A stretch of DNA of 63,715 nucleotides, filler included. It is 7 parts of 7 records of this genome, joined end to end, with 100 filler letters (N's around TTAATTAATTAA, not from the genome) between each part and the next. Parts side by side here need not be neighbours in the genome. Positions count along the whole stretch, not along the records: positions 44,033 to 58,482 come from DRR723986_6181; 6 more parts are not named here. The stretch is one strand, 5' to 3'. The position numbers and the translations under genes were made by a program. Within the stretch, counting starts at the first letter, position 1. Each line of letters starts with the position of its first letter. The notes under the pieces were generated by a model. It worked only from the letters and a program-made list of their open reading frames with translations, did no database searches and was not told where the DNA came from. Of the stretch, positions 49,662 through 58,582 are shown one piece after another.

Positions 49662-49905
49662 CGTCGGCGTGATCCGGCGCGGCGCTGTCGGGAGGACAAG
49701 CGCGCGACGTCGTCAGAAAGGCCCTCTCCGGCCCCCCTGCCCCGCACCGCGGAGCCGGTCAGCGCCCGCGTCGCACTCAACACGCCGCAGGGCGCCGCTC
49801 TCCCCTTTTCGCCGTTCACCGGGCCGAAACTCTCGAAGCCCGGATGCCGGCGTCGGACGCTCATGACCCTGCAACACGCTGGCTGGGCTCCGCAGAAGGG
49901 CCGTT

Positions 49906-50691
49906 CTACGGAACGGTCCTGTGGACCTGCACCCGCGGGGGGGCAAAGTCGCTGTCGGCCGGCAGATCCGTCACGATGTGCGAAATGCGGTCCATGTCGC
50001 AGATCGACACCCGGCTTTCCGTGCCGACCTTGCGGGCATCACACAGCATGATGCAGGTGGTCGAGCGATCCACCATCTTTCGCGCCACCTCTGCCTCGTG
50101 CAACTCGTAGTCGGTCGCGCCGCGGGTGATGCTGAGGCCCACCGGCCCGATGATCGAGAAATCGGCGAGAAAGCGGTCGATCTCGGAGAGGGTCAGTTCG
50201 CCGAAGGTGGCGGGGACCTCGCCATGCGGACGCCCCCCCAAAAGCAATGCGTCGATGCCTTCGGCGGGGGCGAGGATCTGGGCGATCTCGATGCAATTGG
50301 TAATGACCCGCAGATCGGTGCGCTGCGCCAGCGCTAGGGCGAAGGCCCGCGTGGTCGTGCCCGCATCCACGAAGAGCGACGCGCCCGGCGGGATCAGTTC
50401 CGCGGCCCGGCGTCCGATCGCCTGTTTGACCTCGGTGCGCTCGCCCAGCCGATCGCGAAAGGTCGGCTCCGGGCGCACATCCTGCGCGACGGGCACCGCG
50501 CCACCATGCACACGGTGAAGGCTTCCGCGCTTCTCCAGATCCAGCAGGTCCCGGCGAATCGTCTCTCGCGAGACGGAAAAGCGATCCGCCAGCGCATTGG
50601 TCTGCACCTTCCCGTCCCGAAGCAGGTCCGAAAGGATGGCCGACTGCCGTTCGTGTGACCACAGCGACGTGTGTGTTTGCGTGGAACTCAT
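49906..50691 (-). CDS. DeoR/GlpR transcriptional regulator
   Basis: VSRETIRRDL..LE..G...RVHGGA; FVDAGTT; VITN. Confidence 0.94.
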   Translation of the reverse strand: MSSTQTHTSLWSHERQSAILSDLLRDGKVQTNALADRFSVSRETIRRDLLDLEKRGSLHRVHGGAVPVAQDVRPEPTFRDRLGERTEVKQAIGRRAAELIPPGASLFVDAGTTTRAFALALAQRTDLRVITNCIEIAQILAPAEGIDALLLGGRPHGEVPATFGELTLSEIDRFLADFSIIGPVGLSITRGATDYELHEAEVARKMVDRSTTCIMLCDARKVGTESRVSICDMDRISHIVTDLPADSDFAPPRVQVHRTVP

Positions 50692-50968
50692 GACCGATTC
50701 CCCTCTCTACCCCGATTGTCCGGGGTTCCATCTGTCTCCGACCCCCGGCAATTCCACAAATATCCCCAAAATATGTGGATTCATACCGTAAATCGTTGGG
50801 GCCTTGCCGATTTCGGCCGCTTCCGACCGGGATTTTTGCCCGAATTTCAGGCATTGCTTGCTTATGTGTGTATATAATTGGTTTTTGTTGTGCATTTGCC
50901 CGCGATCGGCTGCAGCATGAGAGCAAGCCCGGACAGACGGGTCACTCAGGAACCATCAAGAGGGTCTA

Positions 50969-51793
50969 ATGCTCGACCTCGCAGAAGCACTCACGTTCGC
51001 CCAGACAGTCGCCGACGGCGCGGGCAAGCTCGCCCTCAGCCACTTTCGCAAGGGGCTCGATGTCGAACACAAGGCGGACGACAGCCCCGTCACCATCGCC
51101 GACCGCGGTATCGAAGCCTTCCTGCGCGAGCGTATTTCGGCGCGCTATCCCGACCACGGCATCTACGGCGAAGAACACGGAATCGAAGGTCTGGACCGTC
51201 GCTTCGTCTGGGTGGTCGATCCCATCGACGGCACCAAGAGTTTCGTCACCGGGCATCCCCTGTTCGGCGGTCTGATGGCGCTGCTGGACAACGGCACGCC
51301 CCGGCTTGGCCAGATCGACATGCCGGCGACCGGCGAACGCTGGTGTGGCGTCGACGGGCAGCCGAGCACCCTGAACGGTCAGGCCATCCGCACGAGCGGC
51401 TGCACCGACCTGTCCCGCGCCTATGCCTATACCACGGATCCCATGCTGTTCAGCGGCCCGCGCGAGCCGATCTTTGCCCTGCTGCGCGACCGGGCGCGCC
51501 TGCTGCGCTTCGGGGGCGATTGCTACAACTACGCCCTGCTGGCCTCGGGACATTGCGATCTCGTGGTGGAATGCGGGCTGGAACCCTACGACTACCTTCC
51601 GGTCGTGCAGATCGTCGAAGGGGCCGGGGGCTGCATCACCGACTGGCACGGCGAAGCGCTGCACACCGGGTCGGGCGGTGACGTCGTCGCCTCTGCGACA
51701 CCCGAACTGCACGCGCAGATCCTCGAAGAGCTTGGCCGCCTCGGCGCCACGCCGGGCGGGCTGACCGCCTCGGCGAAGACCCATTCCCAATAA
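50969..51793 (+). CDS. inositol monophosphatase family protein, HisN-like
   Basis: DDSPVT.AD, GEE, WVVDPIDGTKSF, GDCY, E..L.PYD. Confidence 0.92.
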   Translation: MLDLAEALTFAQTVADGAGKLALSHFRKGLDVEHKADDSPVTIADRGIEAFLRERISARYPDHGIYGEEHGIEGLDRRFVWVVDPIDGTKSFVTGHPLFGGLMALLDNGTPRLGQIDMPATGERWCGVDGQPSTLNGQAIRTSGCTDLSRAYAYTTDPMLFSGPREPIFALLRDRARLLRFGGDCYNYALLASGHCDLVVECGLEPYDYLPVVQIVEGAGGCITDWHGEALHTGSGGDVVASATPELHAQILEELGRLGATPGGLTASAKTHSQ

Positions 51794-51813
51794 AACATCA
51801 ACAGGAGAGTAAA

Positions 51814-53388
51814 ATGGACAGAAGAACCTTCCTTCGCAACGCCACGATGGCCGGCCTGGGTGCGGGCGCGGTGCAGTTGAACACCAGCTTGCTGGTCAGC
51901 CCGGCCATGGCGCAGTCAAGCCGCCCGCTGGTCTTCCTCTCTGCCGAGAACATCACCGGCAACTGGGACCCGATGGCGCACACCACCCTGTCGCAGTTCA
52001 ACATCGAAGGCTTCGTCATGGGCTTCCTGACCCGTGCGCCGATGATGCCCGACAACCCGGACGAGGTCGTCTACGAGCTGGCGACCGAGCTGAACCTGCT
52101 CGATGCGACGCATCTCGAGATCAAGCTGCGCGAGGGCGTCACCTTCCATGACGGCGAGCCCTTCAGCGCCAAGGATGTGAAGGCCACCTTCGAATATGGC
52201 GCCCAGCCCGAGCGGGCCCGCCAAGTCTATCCGGGGTTCGCCGACAGCTTCGAGGTGACGACGCCCGACGACTACACCGTGATCGTGGATACGACCAAGG
52301 GTGGCTACGGCGCGGCGATGTTCATCTTCCTCGCGTCCTACCTGCCCATCATGTCGGCCAAGGACATCGCCGAAGGTCCGAATGGCGTGCTGAACCAGCG
52401 CCTGAACGGCACCGGCCCGTTCAAGTTCGTCGAGCAGCGCGGCAACGACACCGTCATGGAGGCCTTCCCCGACTACTTCCGCGGCGCGCCGCAGATCCCG
52501 GGCGTCACCTTCTCCTACGTCGGCGATGCCACGACGCGCATGTTGTCGCTGATGAACGGCCAGGCCGATGTTATCGAGCGTCTGGAGCCGGAGCAGGTCG
52601 ACACCCTCGCCAAGGAAGACGACATCGTGTTGAACCGCGCCGTGTCGGTCGAGAACAAGTACCTCTGGTTCCGTTGCTCCAAGCCGCCCTTCGACAATCC
52701 GCTGGTGCGCAAGGCCGTGGCCCACGCCATCGACCGCTCGCTGATCCTCGAAGTCATGGGCACCGCCGGAGAGGCCTGCTCCAACTTCGTGTCGCCCATC
52801 AAGTTCGGCTATACGGACCTTGAAAACTACCCGGAATACGACCCCGAAGAATGTCAGCGCCTGCTGGCCGAAGCCGGCTATCCGGGCGGCGAGGGCCTGC
52901 CGGAACTGGAATACATCACCTCTACCGGCTTCTACCCGAAGACCAAGGAATACGGCGAGCTGATCACCGCCCTGCTGCAGGAACAGGGGTTCCCGGTCAA
53001 ACTGAACGTGATGGAAACCGCGGCATGGAACGAGCGGCTCTATGACCGTCCCGGCGGCGGCCCCGGCCACATGATTGACTGCGGCTGGACCTCTGCCTCG
53101 CCCGAACCGGATCTGGTGCTGCGCACGCACTTCCACTCCACCTCCAAGCGGATCTGCGGCATCGAGGATCCCGAGATCGACGCGGCGCTGGATGCCGAGC
53201 GTGACGCGCCCAGCCTCGAGGCGCGCCGCGAAAGCCTGCAGACCAACCTCATGCCGATGCTGGCTGACAAGGTTCCGGCATACAGCCTGTTCACCTCGGT
53301 GCTGATGCATGGTGTGCGCGCCGACGTGCAGAACCTGTTCATCTACCCCGATGGCACGGCGGACGCGTCGAAGACCGTGCTCGGCTGA
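51814..53388 (+). CDS. family 5 (peptide/opine/nickel) ABC substrate-binding protein with Tat signal
   Basis: DRRTFLR...AMA|Q; KLREGVTFHDG, GTGPF, PFDNPLVRKA...AIDR. Confidence 0.93.
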   Translation: MDRRTFLRNATMAGLGAGAVQLNTSLLVSPAMAQSSRPLVFLSAENITGNWDPMAHTTLSQFNIEGFVMGFLTRAPMMPDNPDEVVYELATELNLLDATHLEIKLREGVTFHDGEPFSAKDVKATFEYGAQPERARQVYPGFADSFEVTTPDDYTVIVDTTKGGYGAAMFIFLASYLPIMSAKDIAEGPNGVLNQRLNGTGPFKFVEQRGNDTVMEAFPDYFRGAPQIPGVTFSYVGDATTRMLSLMNGQADVIERLEPEQVDTLAKEDDIVLNRAVSVENKYLWFRCSKPPFDNPLVRKAVAHAIDRSLILEVMGTAGEACSNFVSPIKFGYTDLENYPEYDPEECQRLLAEAGYPGGEGLPELEYITSTGFYPKTKEYGELITALLQEQGFPVKLNVMETAAWNERLYDRPGGGPGHMIDCGWTSASPEPDLVLRTHFHSTSKRICGIEDPEIDAALDAERDAPSLEARRESLQTNLMPMLADKVPAYSLFTSVLMHGVRADVQNLFIYPDGTADASKTVLG

Positions 53389-53449
53389 CCCGCGAAGGGG
53401 GCCGCCAAGGCCCCCTTCCCCCTGTCCCCCCGCCCACCCGGAGGTGCCC

Positions 53450-54430
53450 ATGTTCCTAGCCCGTTTCCTTGCCAGGCGGCTCGCCCAGGGGGCGTTGATC
53501 GTCTTCCTCGTGTCGGCGCTGATCTTCACCCTGCTGCGGGTCGTCCCCGGCGATCCCGTCCGCCTCATGGCCGGCGGCATGGCCCCGGAGGCGCTGATCG
53601 AGGAGATCGCCGCCGACATGGGCCTGCGCGATCCGATCCCCGTCCAGTTCGGGCGCTACATCGGGGGCGTCATCCAGGGCGATCTTGGCCAGAGCTTCGT
53701 GCGCCCGGCCAACGGGGCCGCGGTTGGCGGCGCCAGCTTCGACGACACCACCCGCAGCGAACGGGCCGAGGTCTGGACCCTGATCGCCGACACCGCCCCG
53801 ATGACGCTGCAACTGGCGCTGCTTGCCATGGTCTTCGCGCTTTTGATCGCCTTGCCCATCGGGGTCTGGGGAGGGCTCAGACCCGGCGGATGGCCGGATC
53901 GCTTCGCCCTTTATATCTCTTCGATCTTCGTCAGCCTGCCGAACTTCTGGCTGGGGATCGTGCTGGCCTTGCTGCTGTCGGTGAAACTGCAACTGGTCCC
54001 GGCCATCGGCTATGACGGCTTTGCCTACACCATCCTGCCCGCCTTCGTTCTGGCCATCGAGATCGCCCCCTTCATCATCCGCACCCTGACCGTTTCGGTG
54101 GCCGGCGTCATGAGCCAGAGCTTCATCGCCATCGCCAGCGTCCGGGGGCTGACCCGCAATCAGATCGTCTTTCGCCATGCGATGAAGAATTCGGCAGTCC
54201 CGCTTCTGAACCTGCTGGGCGTGCAGTTTTCCATGTTGCTCGGCGGCGTTCTCGTGATCGAGTTCATCTTCGACTACCCGGGTCTCGGCCTTCTGACGAT
54301 CAACGCCGTGATGCAGCGGGACTTCCCCCTGATCCAGGGCATCGCCATCGTCACCGCCGCAGCCTTCGTCCTGATCAATATCATCGTCGACCTCGCGGCG
54401 ACGACCATCGACCCGAGGCTTGAATACTGA
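53450..54430 (+). CDS. DppB-type ABC permease
   Basis: PGDP, GDLGQS, S.PNFW, E.IF.YPGLG, RDFP.IQG, IDPR. Confidence 0.93.
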   Translation: MFLARFLARRLAQGALIVFLVSALIFTLLRVVPGDPVRLMAGGMAPEALIEEIAADMGLRDPIPVQFGRYIGGVIQGDLGQSFVRPANGAAVGGASFDDTTRSERAEVWTLIADTAPMTLQLALLAMVFALLIALPIGVWGGLRPGGWPDRFALYISSIFVSLPNFWLGIVLALLLSVKLQLVPAIGYDGFAYTILPAFVLAIEIAPFIIRTLTVSVAGVMSQSFIAIASVRGLTRNQIVFRHAMKNSAVPLLNLLGVQFSMLLGGVLVIEFIFDYPGLGLLTINAVMQRDFPLIQGIAIVTAAAFVLINIIVDLAATTIDPRLEY

Positions 54431-55341
54431 TGAGCGCCATCGACATCTCCCCCGACCTGCCGACCAAGGTCCGCGCCAAGAAGATTTCGGCGCGCATCTG
54501 GTCCGAGGCTTTCTCTTCGACGGAGTTCCGCATCGGACTGGCCGTCTTCACGCTGCTGGTCGCGGCTGCCGCGCTCTATCCGTGGCTGTCGGACATCGAC
54601 CCGACCAAGATGAACATCCGCGCCAAGCTGTCGCCGCCCATCCTGATGGGCGAAGGCTGGAGCTGGGCGCATCCGCTGGGCACCGACCAATTGGGCCGCG
54701 ACATGCTGGCCCGGACCTTGGTGGGGCTGCGCTACTCGCTGCTGATCGGCATCTCCACGACCATCCTCATGGTGGCTGTGGGCGCGCTCGTCGGCTTGTT
54801 CTCGGGCTATTTCGGAGGGCGCACGGATACGGTGCTGATGCGGCTGACCGATGCGCAGCTGTCGATCCCCATGATCATCCTCGCGATCACCATCCTTGGC
54901 GTGTCGCGGCCGACGATCCCGTCGATCATCCTCGTGCTTGGTCTGGCGGGCTGGCCGGTCTACGCCCGCGTCATGCGGTCCACCGTCATGGCCGAACGCA
55001 AGAAGGAATTCGTGCGCGGCGCCATGGTGCTGGGTGCGACGGACTGGCGGATCATGTTCACGCTGCTGTTGCCGCTGGTCCTGCCGCCGCTGGCCTTCGT
55101 GGCCGTGCTGGACATCGCCCGCATGATGATCTTCGAATCCGTTCTGGGCTTCCTCGGTCTTGGCGTCCAGCCGCCGACCCCGACCTTCGGCAACATCATC
55201 GCCGACGGGCGCAAGTACCTGATGAACGCGTGGTGGATCGCCACGATGCCGGGTGTCTTCCTCGTGCTGACGCTGACTTCGGTCAACCTGATGGGGGCCG
55301 CGCTGGAACGTGCCCGCAACAAGATTTTCTCAGGAGCCTGA
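54430..55341 (+). CDS. DppC-type ABC permease
   Basis: HPLGTDQLGRD, FLGLGVQPP. Confidence 0.93.
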   Translation: MSAIDISPDLPTKVRAKKISARIWSEAFSSTEFRIGLAVFTLLVAAAALYPWLSDIDPTKMNIRAKLSPPILMGEGWSWAHPLGTDQLGRDMLARTLVGLRYSLLIGISTTILMVAVGALVGLFSGYFGGRTDTVLMRLTDAQLSIPMIILAITILGVSRPTIPSIILVLGLAGWPVYARVMRSTVMAERKKEFVRGAMVLGATDWRIMFTLLLPLVLPPLAFVAVLDIARMMIFESVLGFLGLGVQPPTPTFGNIIADGRKYLMNAWWIATMPGVFLVLTLTSVNLMGAALERARNKIFSGA

Positions 55342-55342
55342 T

Positions 55343-57154
55343 ATGTCCCTCGACATGGTACAGACCAAGACGCTGCTTTCGGTGCGCGACCTCACCGTAA
55401 CGCTGCGCAGCGAGGGCCGCGACGTCCTGAACAACGTGTCCTTCGATCTTGCGCCCCGGCAGATCCTCTCGGTCATCGGGGAAAGCGGATCGGGCAAGAC
55501 CGTTCTGGCGCGCACGCTGGCCAGCTGGCTGCCGGAGCCCCTGACGGTCACCGGCGGAGAGATCCTCTTCGAGGGGCGCGACCTGCTGAAGGACCCGGCC
55601 CATGCCCGCACCCTTGCGGGCCGCGAGATCGCCTATGTGGGCGGCAACCCGGCCGGCGCGCTCGACCCGACGATGACGGTCGGCGCGCAACTGGTCGAAA
55701 AGCTGCGCGCCGTGCGGCCCGAGATCAGCGCCCCCGACGCCCGCAGGAAGGCCATCCAGCTGCTCGAAGCGGTCAGGATCCCGGCGGCGGAAAGGCGGTT
55801 CCACGAATACCCCTTCCAGTATTCCGGCGGCATGATGCAACGGGCGATGATCGTCGATGCGCTGATGTCCGATCCCGCGCTTCTGATCGCGGACAACATC
55901 ACCCAGCCGCTGGACGTGACGGTCGCCGCGCAGATCCTCAAGCTGATGCGCGAACTCAACGAAGAGTTCTCGACCGCGGTCCTGTTCATCTGCTCCTCCC
56001 TGCCGGTCGCCTGCGACGCGGCGGACGAGGTCATGGTCCTGCACGGCGGACGGGTGGTGGAACGGCAGTCGCCCGCCGCGCTGGTCGCGCATCCGCAGCA
56101 TCGCTACACGGACAAGCTGATCGAGGAACTGCCGACGCTTTGGGCCGAGGGCCGAAGCCACGCCGCGCAGCAAGACCGCGGGCAACAGGCAATCATGTCC
56201 GTGCGGGGCGCCGCCAAGCACTACGTCACCCATGGCTCGTCCGGCAAAGCCGTGGTGCAGGCCGTCCGCAACGTGGATTTCGACGTCTTCCCCGGCGACA
56301 ACTTCGGCATCGTCGGAGAGTCCGGCTGCGGCAAGTCCTCCTTGATGCGTCTGCTGACGGGGCTGGAACGGCCCGACGCGGGGGCGATCTTCTTCGAGAA
56401 CGAGAACGTCGGGACCGCCAGCCCCAAGCGCCTGCGCGCGCTGCGCCGCAAGTTCCAGCTGGTCCTGCAGGACCCCTATGGCTCATTGCCCCCGCAAAGC
56501 GCCATCGGTGCGATCCTCGAAGAGCCGCTGAAGATCCATCGCATCGGCACCCGCGCCGAGCGCCGGGACCGGGCCCGCGCCGCCATGTCCGAGGTCGGCC
56601 TTCCGGATGATCTCTATGACAGCCTGCCCACCGGCCTGTCGGCCGGCCAGCGCCAGCGCCTGAACGTGGCGCGCGCCATGGTTCTGGAACCGCGCCTGCT
56701 GATCATGGACGAAACGCTCTCGGCGCTGGATCAGACCGAACAGGGCAAGCTTCTGAACCTCTTCGAGCGGCTTCAGGCGCAGCACGGCTTCACCTACATC
56801 TTCATCAGCCACGACCTGACGATGGTGCGGCAGGTCTGTTCGCGGATCGCGGTGATGTATCTCGGCGAAACCGTCGAGGTCGCCCCGAACGAAAGACTGT
56901 TCTTCGACCCCGGCCATCCCTACAGCCGCGCGCTGCTGTCGGCGGCCCCCACGCTGGAAGAGCGCCGCTACCGCCCAGAGGATTGCCTGATGGAGGGCGA
57001 ACCGCCGTCGCCCATCGACCTGCCCCCCGGCTGCGCCTTCGCGGGGCGCTGCCCCCATGCCTTCGACCGCTGCCTGACCGAGTCCCCGCGCCTGCGCTCT
57101 CGCGGCGGGCAGGCGCTGGCCGCGTGCCACCTGAACGACCAAGGAGAGCTTTGA
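55343..57154 (+). CDS. fused DppD-DppF type ABC ATPase
   Basis: Two Walker A motifs (GESGSGKT, GESGCGKS); HPY domain; GC.F..RC...C...ACH tail. Confidence 0.93.
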   Translation: MSLDMVQTKTLLSVRDLTVTLRSEGRDVLNNVSFDLAPRQILSVIGESGSGKTVLARTLASWLPEPLTVTGGEILFEGRDLLKDPAHARTLAGREIAYVGGNPAGALDPTMTVGAQLVEKLRAVRPEISAPDARRKAIQLLEAVRIPAAERRFHEYPFQYSGGMMQRAMIVDALMSDPALLIADNITQPLDVTVAAQILKLMRELNEEFSTAVLFICSSLPVACDAADEVMVLHGGRVVERQSPAALVAHPQHRYTDKLIEELPTLWAEGRSHAAQQDRGQQAIMSVRGAAKHYVTHGSSGKAVVQAVRNVDFDVFPGDNFGIVGESGCGKSSLMRLLTGLERPDAGAIFFENENVGTASPKRLRALRRKFQLVLQDPYGSLPPQSAIGAILEEPLKIHRIGTRAERRDRARAAMSEVGLPDDLYDSLPTGLSAGQRQRLNVARAMVLEPRLLIMDETLSALDQTEQGKLLNLFERLQAQHGFTYIFISHDLTMVRQVCSRIAVMYLGETVEVAPNERLFFDPGHPYSRALLSAAPTLEERRYRPEDCLMEGEPPSPIDLPPGCAFAGRCPHAFDRCLTESPRLRSRGGQALAACHLNDQGEL

Positions 57155-58446
57155 TGCCCGATACCCCCGACACCATCGACCTTTGCCGCATCGACGCGGA
57201 CCTTCTGCACGGGCTGATGGAGAAGGTGTCTGCCTTTGGTGATACCGGCGACGGCGGCGTTGATCGCCCGGTGCTGACCGATGCCCACCGCGACGCCCGC
57301 GACTGGTTCCGCGCGGAACTGGAGGCACGCGGATACAGGGTGCTGGTGGACGATATCGGCAACCTCTTCGGGCGGATCGACCTTGCCGGGCCAGAGGCGC
57401 CCCTGATCATGGTCGGATCGCATCTCGACAGCCAGCCCAAGGGCGGGCGCTTCGATGGCGCATACGGCGTGGTCGCCGGTCTGGCCGCCATCGAAACCCT
57501 GCGCGCCGAGGCCGGGGCACGCGGCGTCAGCCCGCGCTGCAATTATGTGGTGGCGGACTGGATGAACGAGGAAGGCGCCCGGTTTCAGCCGTCGCTGCTT
57601 GGCTCGTCGGTCTTTGCCGGCAGCCTGTCGCGCGACTTTGCGCTGTCCCGCATGGATCGGGACGGCAAGACCGTGGAACAAGAGCTGCTCCGCACCGGCT
57701 ACATGGGCAGCGATCCCGCGCCGCAGCCGGACATGTATCTGGAAATTCACATCGAGGGCGACGCCCTGATGGAGACCGCCGGTGCCCGGATCGCGCCGTT
57801 CGTGCGCCACTGGGGCGCCTTGAAGGTCCGCATCGAAGTAACCGGAGAGCAAAACCACACCGGCCCCACCCCGATGGAGGACCGCCACGATGCGCTGCTG
57901 GGTGCCGCGCATATCATCACGAAGGTGCGGGCGCTGGCCGACGACGCGCAGGACACGCTGTATACCTCGGTGGGGCGTCTGGATGTCTCGCCGAATTCCC
58001 CCAACATCGTGCCGGGCAAGGCCGTCCTGTTCTGTGAACTGCGCGCGCCAGAGCCCTCCATGCTGGAATGGGCCGAGACGGAATTGCGCGCGGCCCTGCC
58101 CGAACTGGCCGCCGCCGCCCGGGTCGAGGCGCAGATCCTGTCCGTCGATCGCCGGCCTGCCGGAAAATTCGACACCCGGCTCGTAGGGTTGTGTGAGGAC
58201 GCGGGGCGGTCCTTCGACCTGCCGATGATGCAGCTGGACACCAAGGCGGGCCACGACGCCGTGGCGCTGAACACCATCGTGCCGTCCATCGTGATCGCCG
58301 TCCCCTCCGTCAACGGGGTGATCCATCGCAACGACGAATTCACCAAGCCTGAAGACCTGGCCGCAGGCGGGGATGTCCTTGTCGACATGCTTCGCCGGAT
58401 CGACGCGGCCGGCGGAAATCTGGACCGAGCAGGAGCTTCCGCATGA
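57154..58446 (+). CDS. M20 Zn amidohydrolase (N-carbamoyl-amino-acid / allantoate amidohydrolase family)
   Basis: GSHLDSQPKGGRFDGAYGV, NEEG.RF, EIHIE, NHTG, AGHDA. Confidence 0.92.
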   Translation: MPDTPDTIDLCRIDADLLHGLMEKVSAFGDTGDGGVDRPVLTDAHRDARDWFRAELEARGYRVLVDDIGNLFGRIDLAGPEAPLIMVGSHLDSQPKGGRFDGAYGVVAGLAAIETLRAEAGARGVSPRCNYVVADWMNEEGARFQPSLLGSSVFAGSLSRDFALSRMDRDGKTVEQELLRTGYMGSDPAPQPDMYLEIHIEGDALMETAGARIAPFVRHWGALKVRIEVTGEQNHTGPTPMEDRHDALLGAAHIITKVRALADDAQDTLYTSVGRLDVSPNSPNIVPGKAVLFCELRAPEPSMLEWAETELRAALPELAAAARVEAQILSVDRRPAGKFDTRLVGLCEDAGRSFDLPMMQLDTKAGHDAVALNTIVPSIVIAVPSVNGVIHRNDEFTKPEDLAAGGDVLVDMLRRIDAAGGNLDRAGASA

Positions 58447-58482
58447 CGACCCGTGACTCAGGAACCGTTACCGACGCCCAGA
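58443..58482 (+). CDS. start of next operon gene (cut by contig end)
   Basis: AGGAG RBS and ATGA overlap with the amidohydrolase stop. Confidence 0.5.
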
Positions 58483-58582
58483 NNNNNNNNNNNNNNNNNN
58501 NNNNNNNNNNNNNNNNNNNNNNNNNNTTAATTAATTAANNNNNNNNNNNNNNNNNNNNNNNNNNNNNNNNNNNNNNNNNNNN
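58483..58582. other. artificial contig linker
   Basis: N44-TTAATTAATTAA-N44. Confidence 0.99.

Noticed and set aside
50751..50782. TCCACA motifs as DnaA boxes or a replication origin
   Set aside because: Poor match to TTATNCACA, only two copies, and no origin-associated genes
50944..58466. ACTCAGGAACC present at both 50944 and 58456, flanking the ABC operon like att or target-site repeats
   Set aside because: Only 11 bp, second copy falls inside a coding start, and no integrase or transposase is nearby; chance is likely
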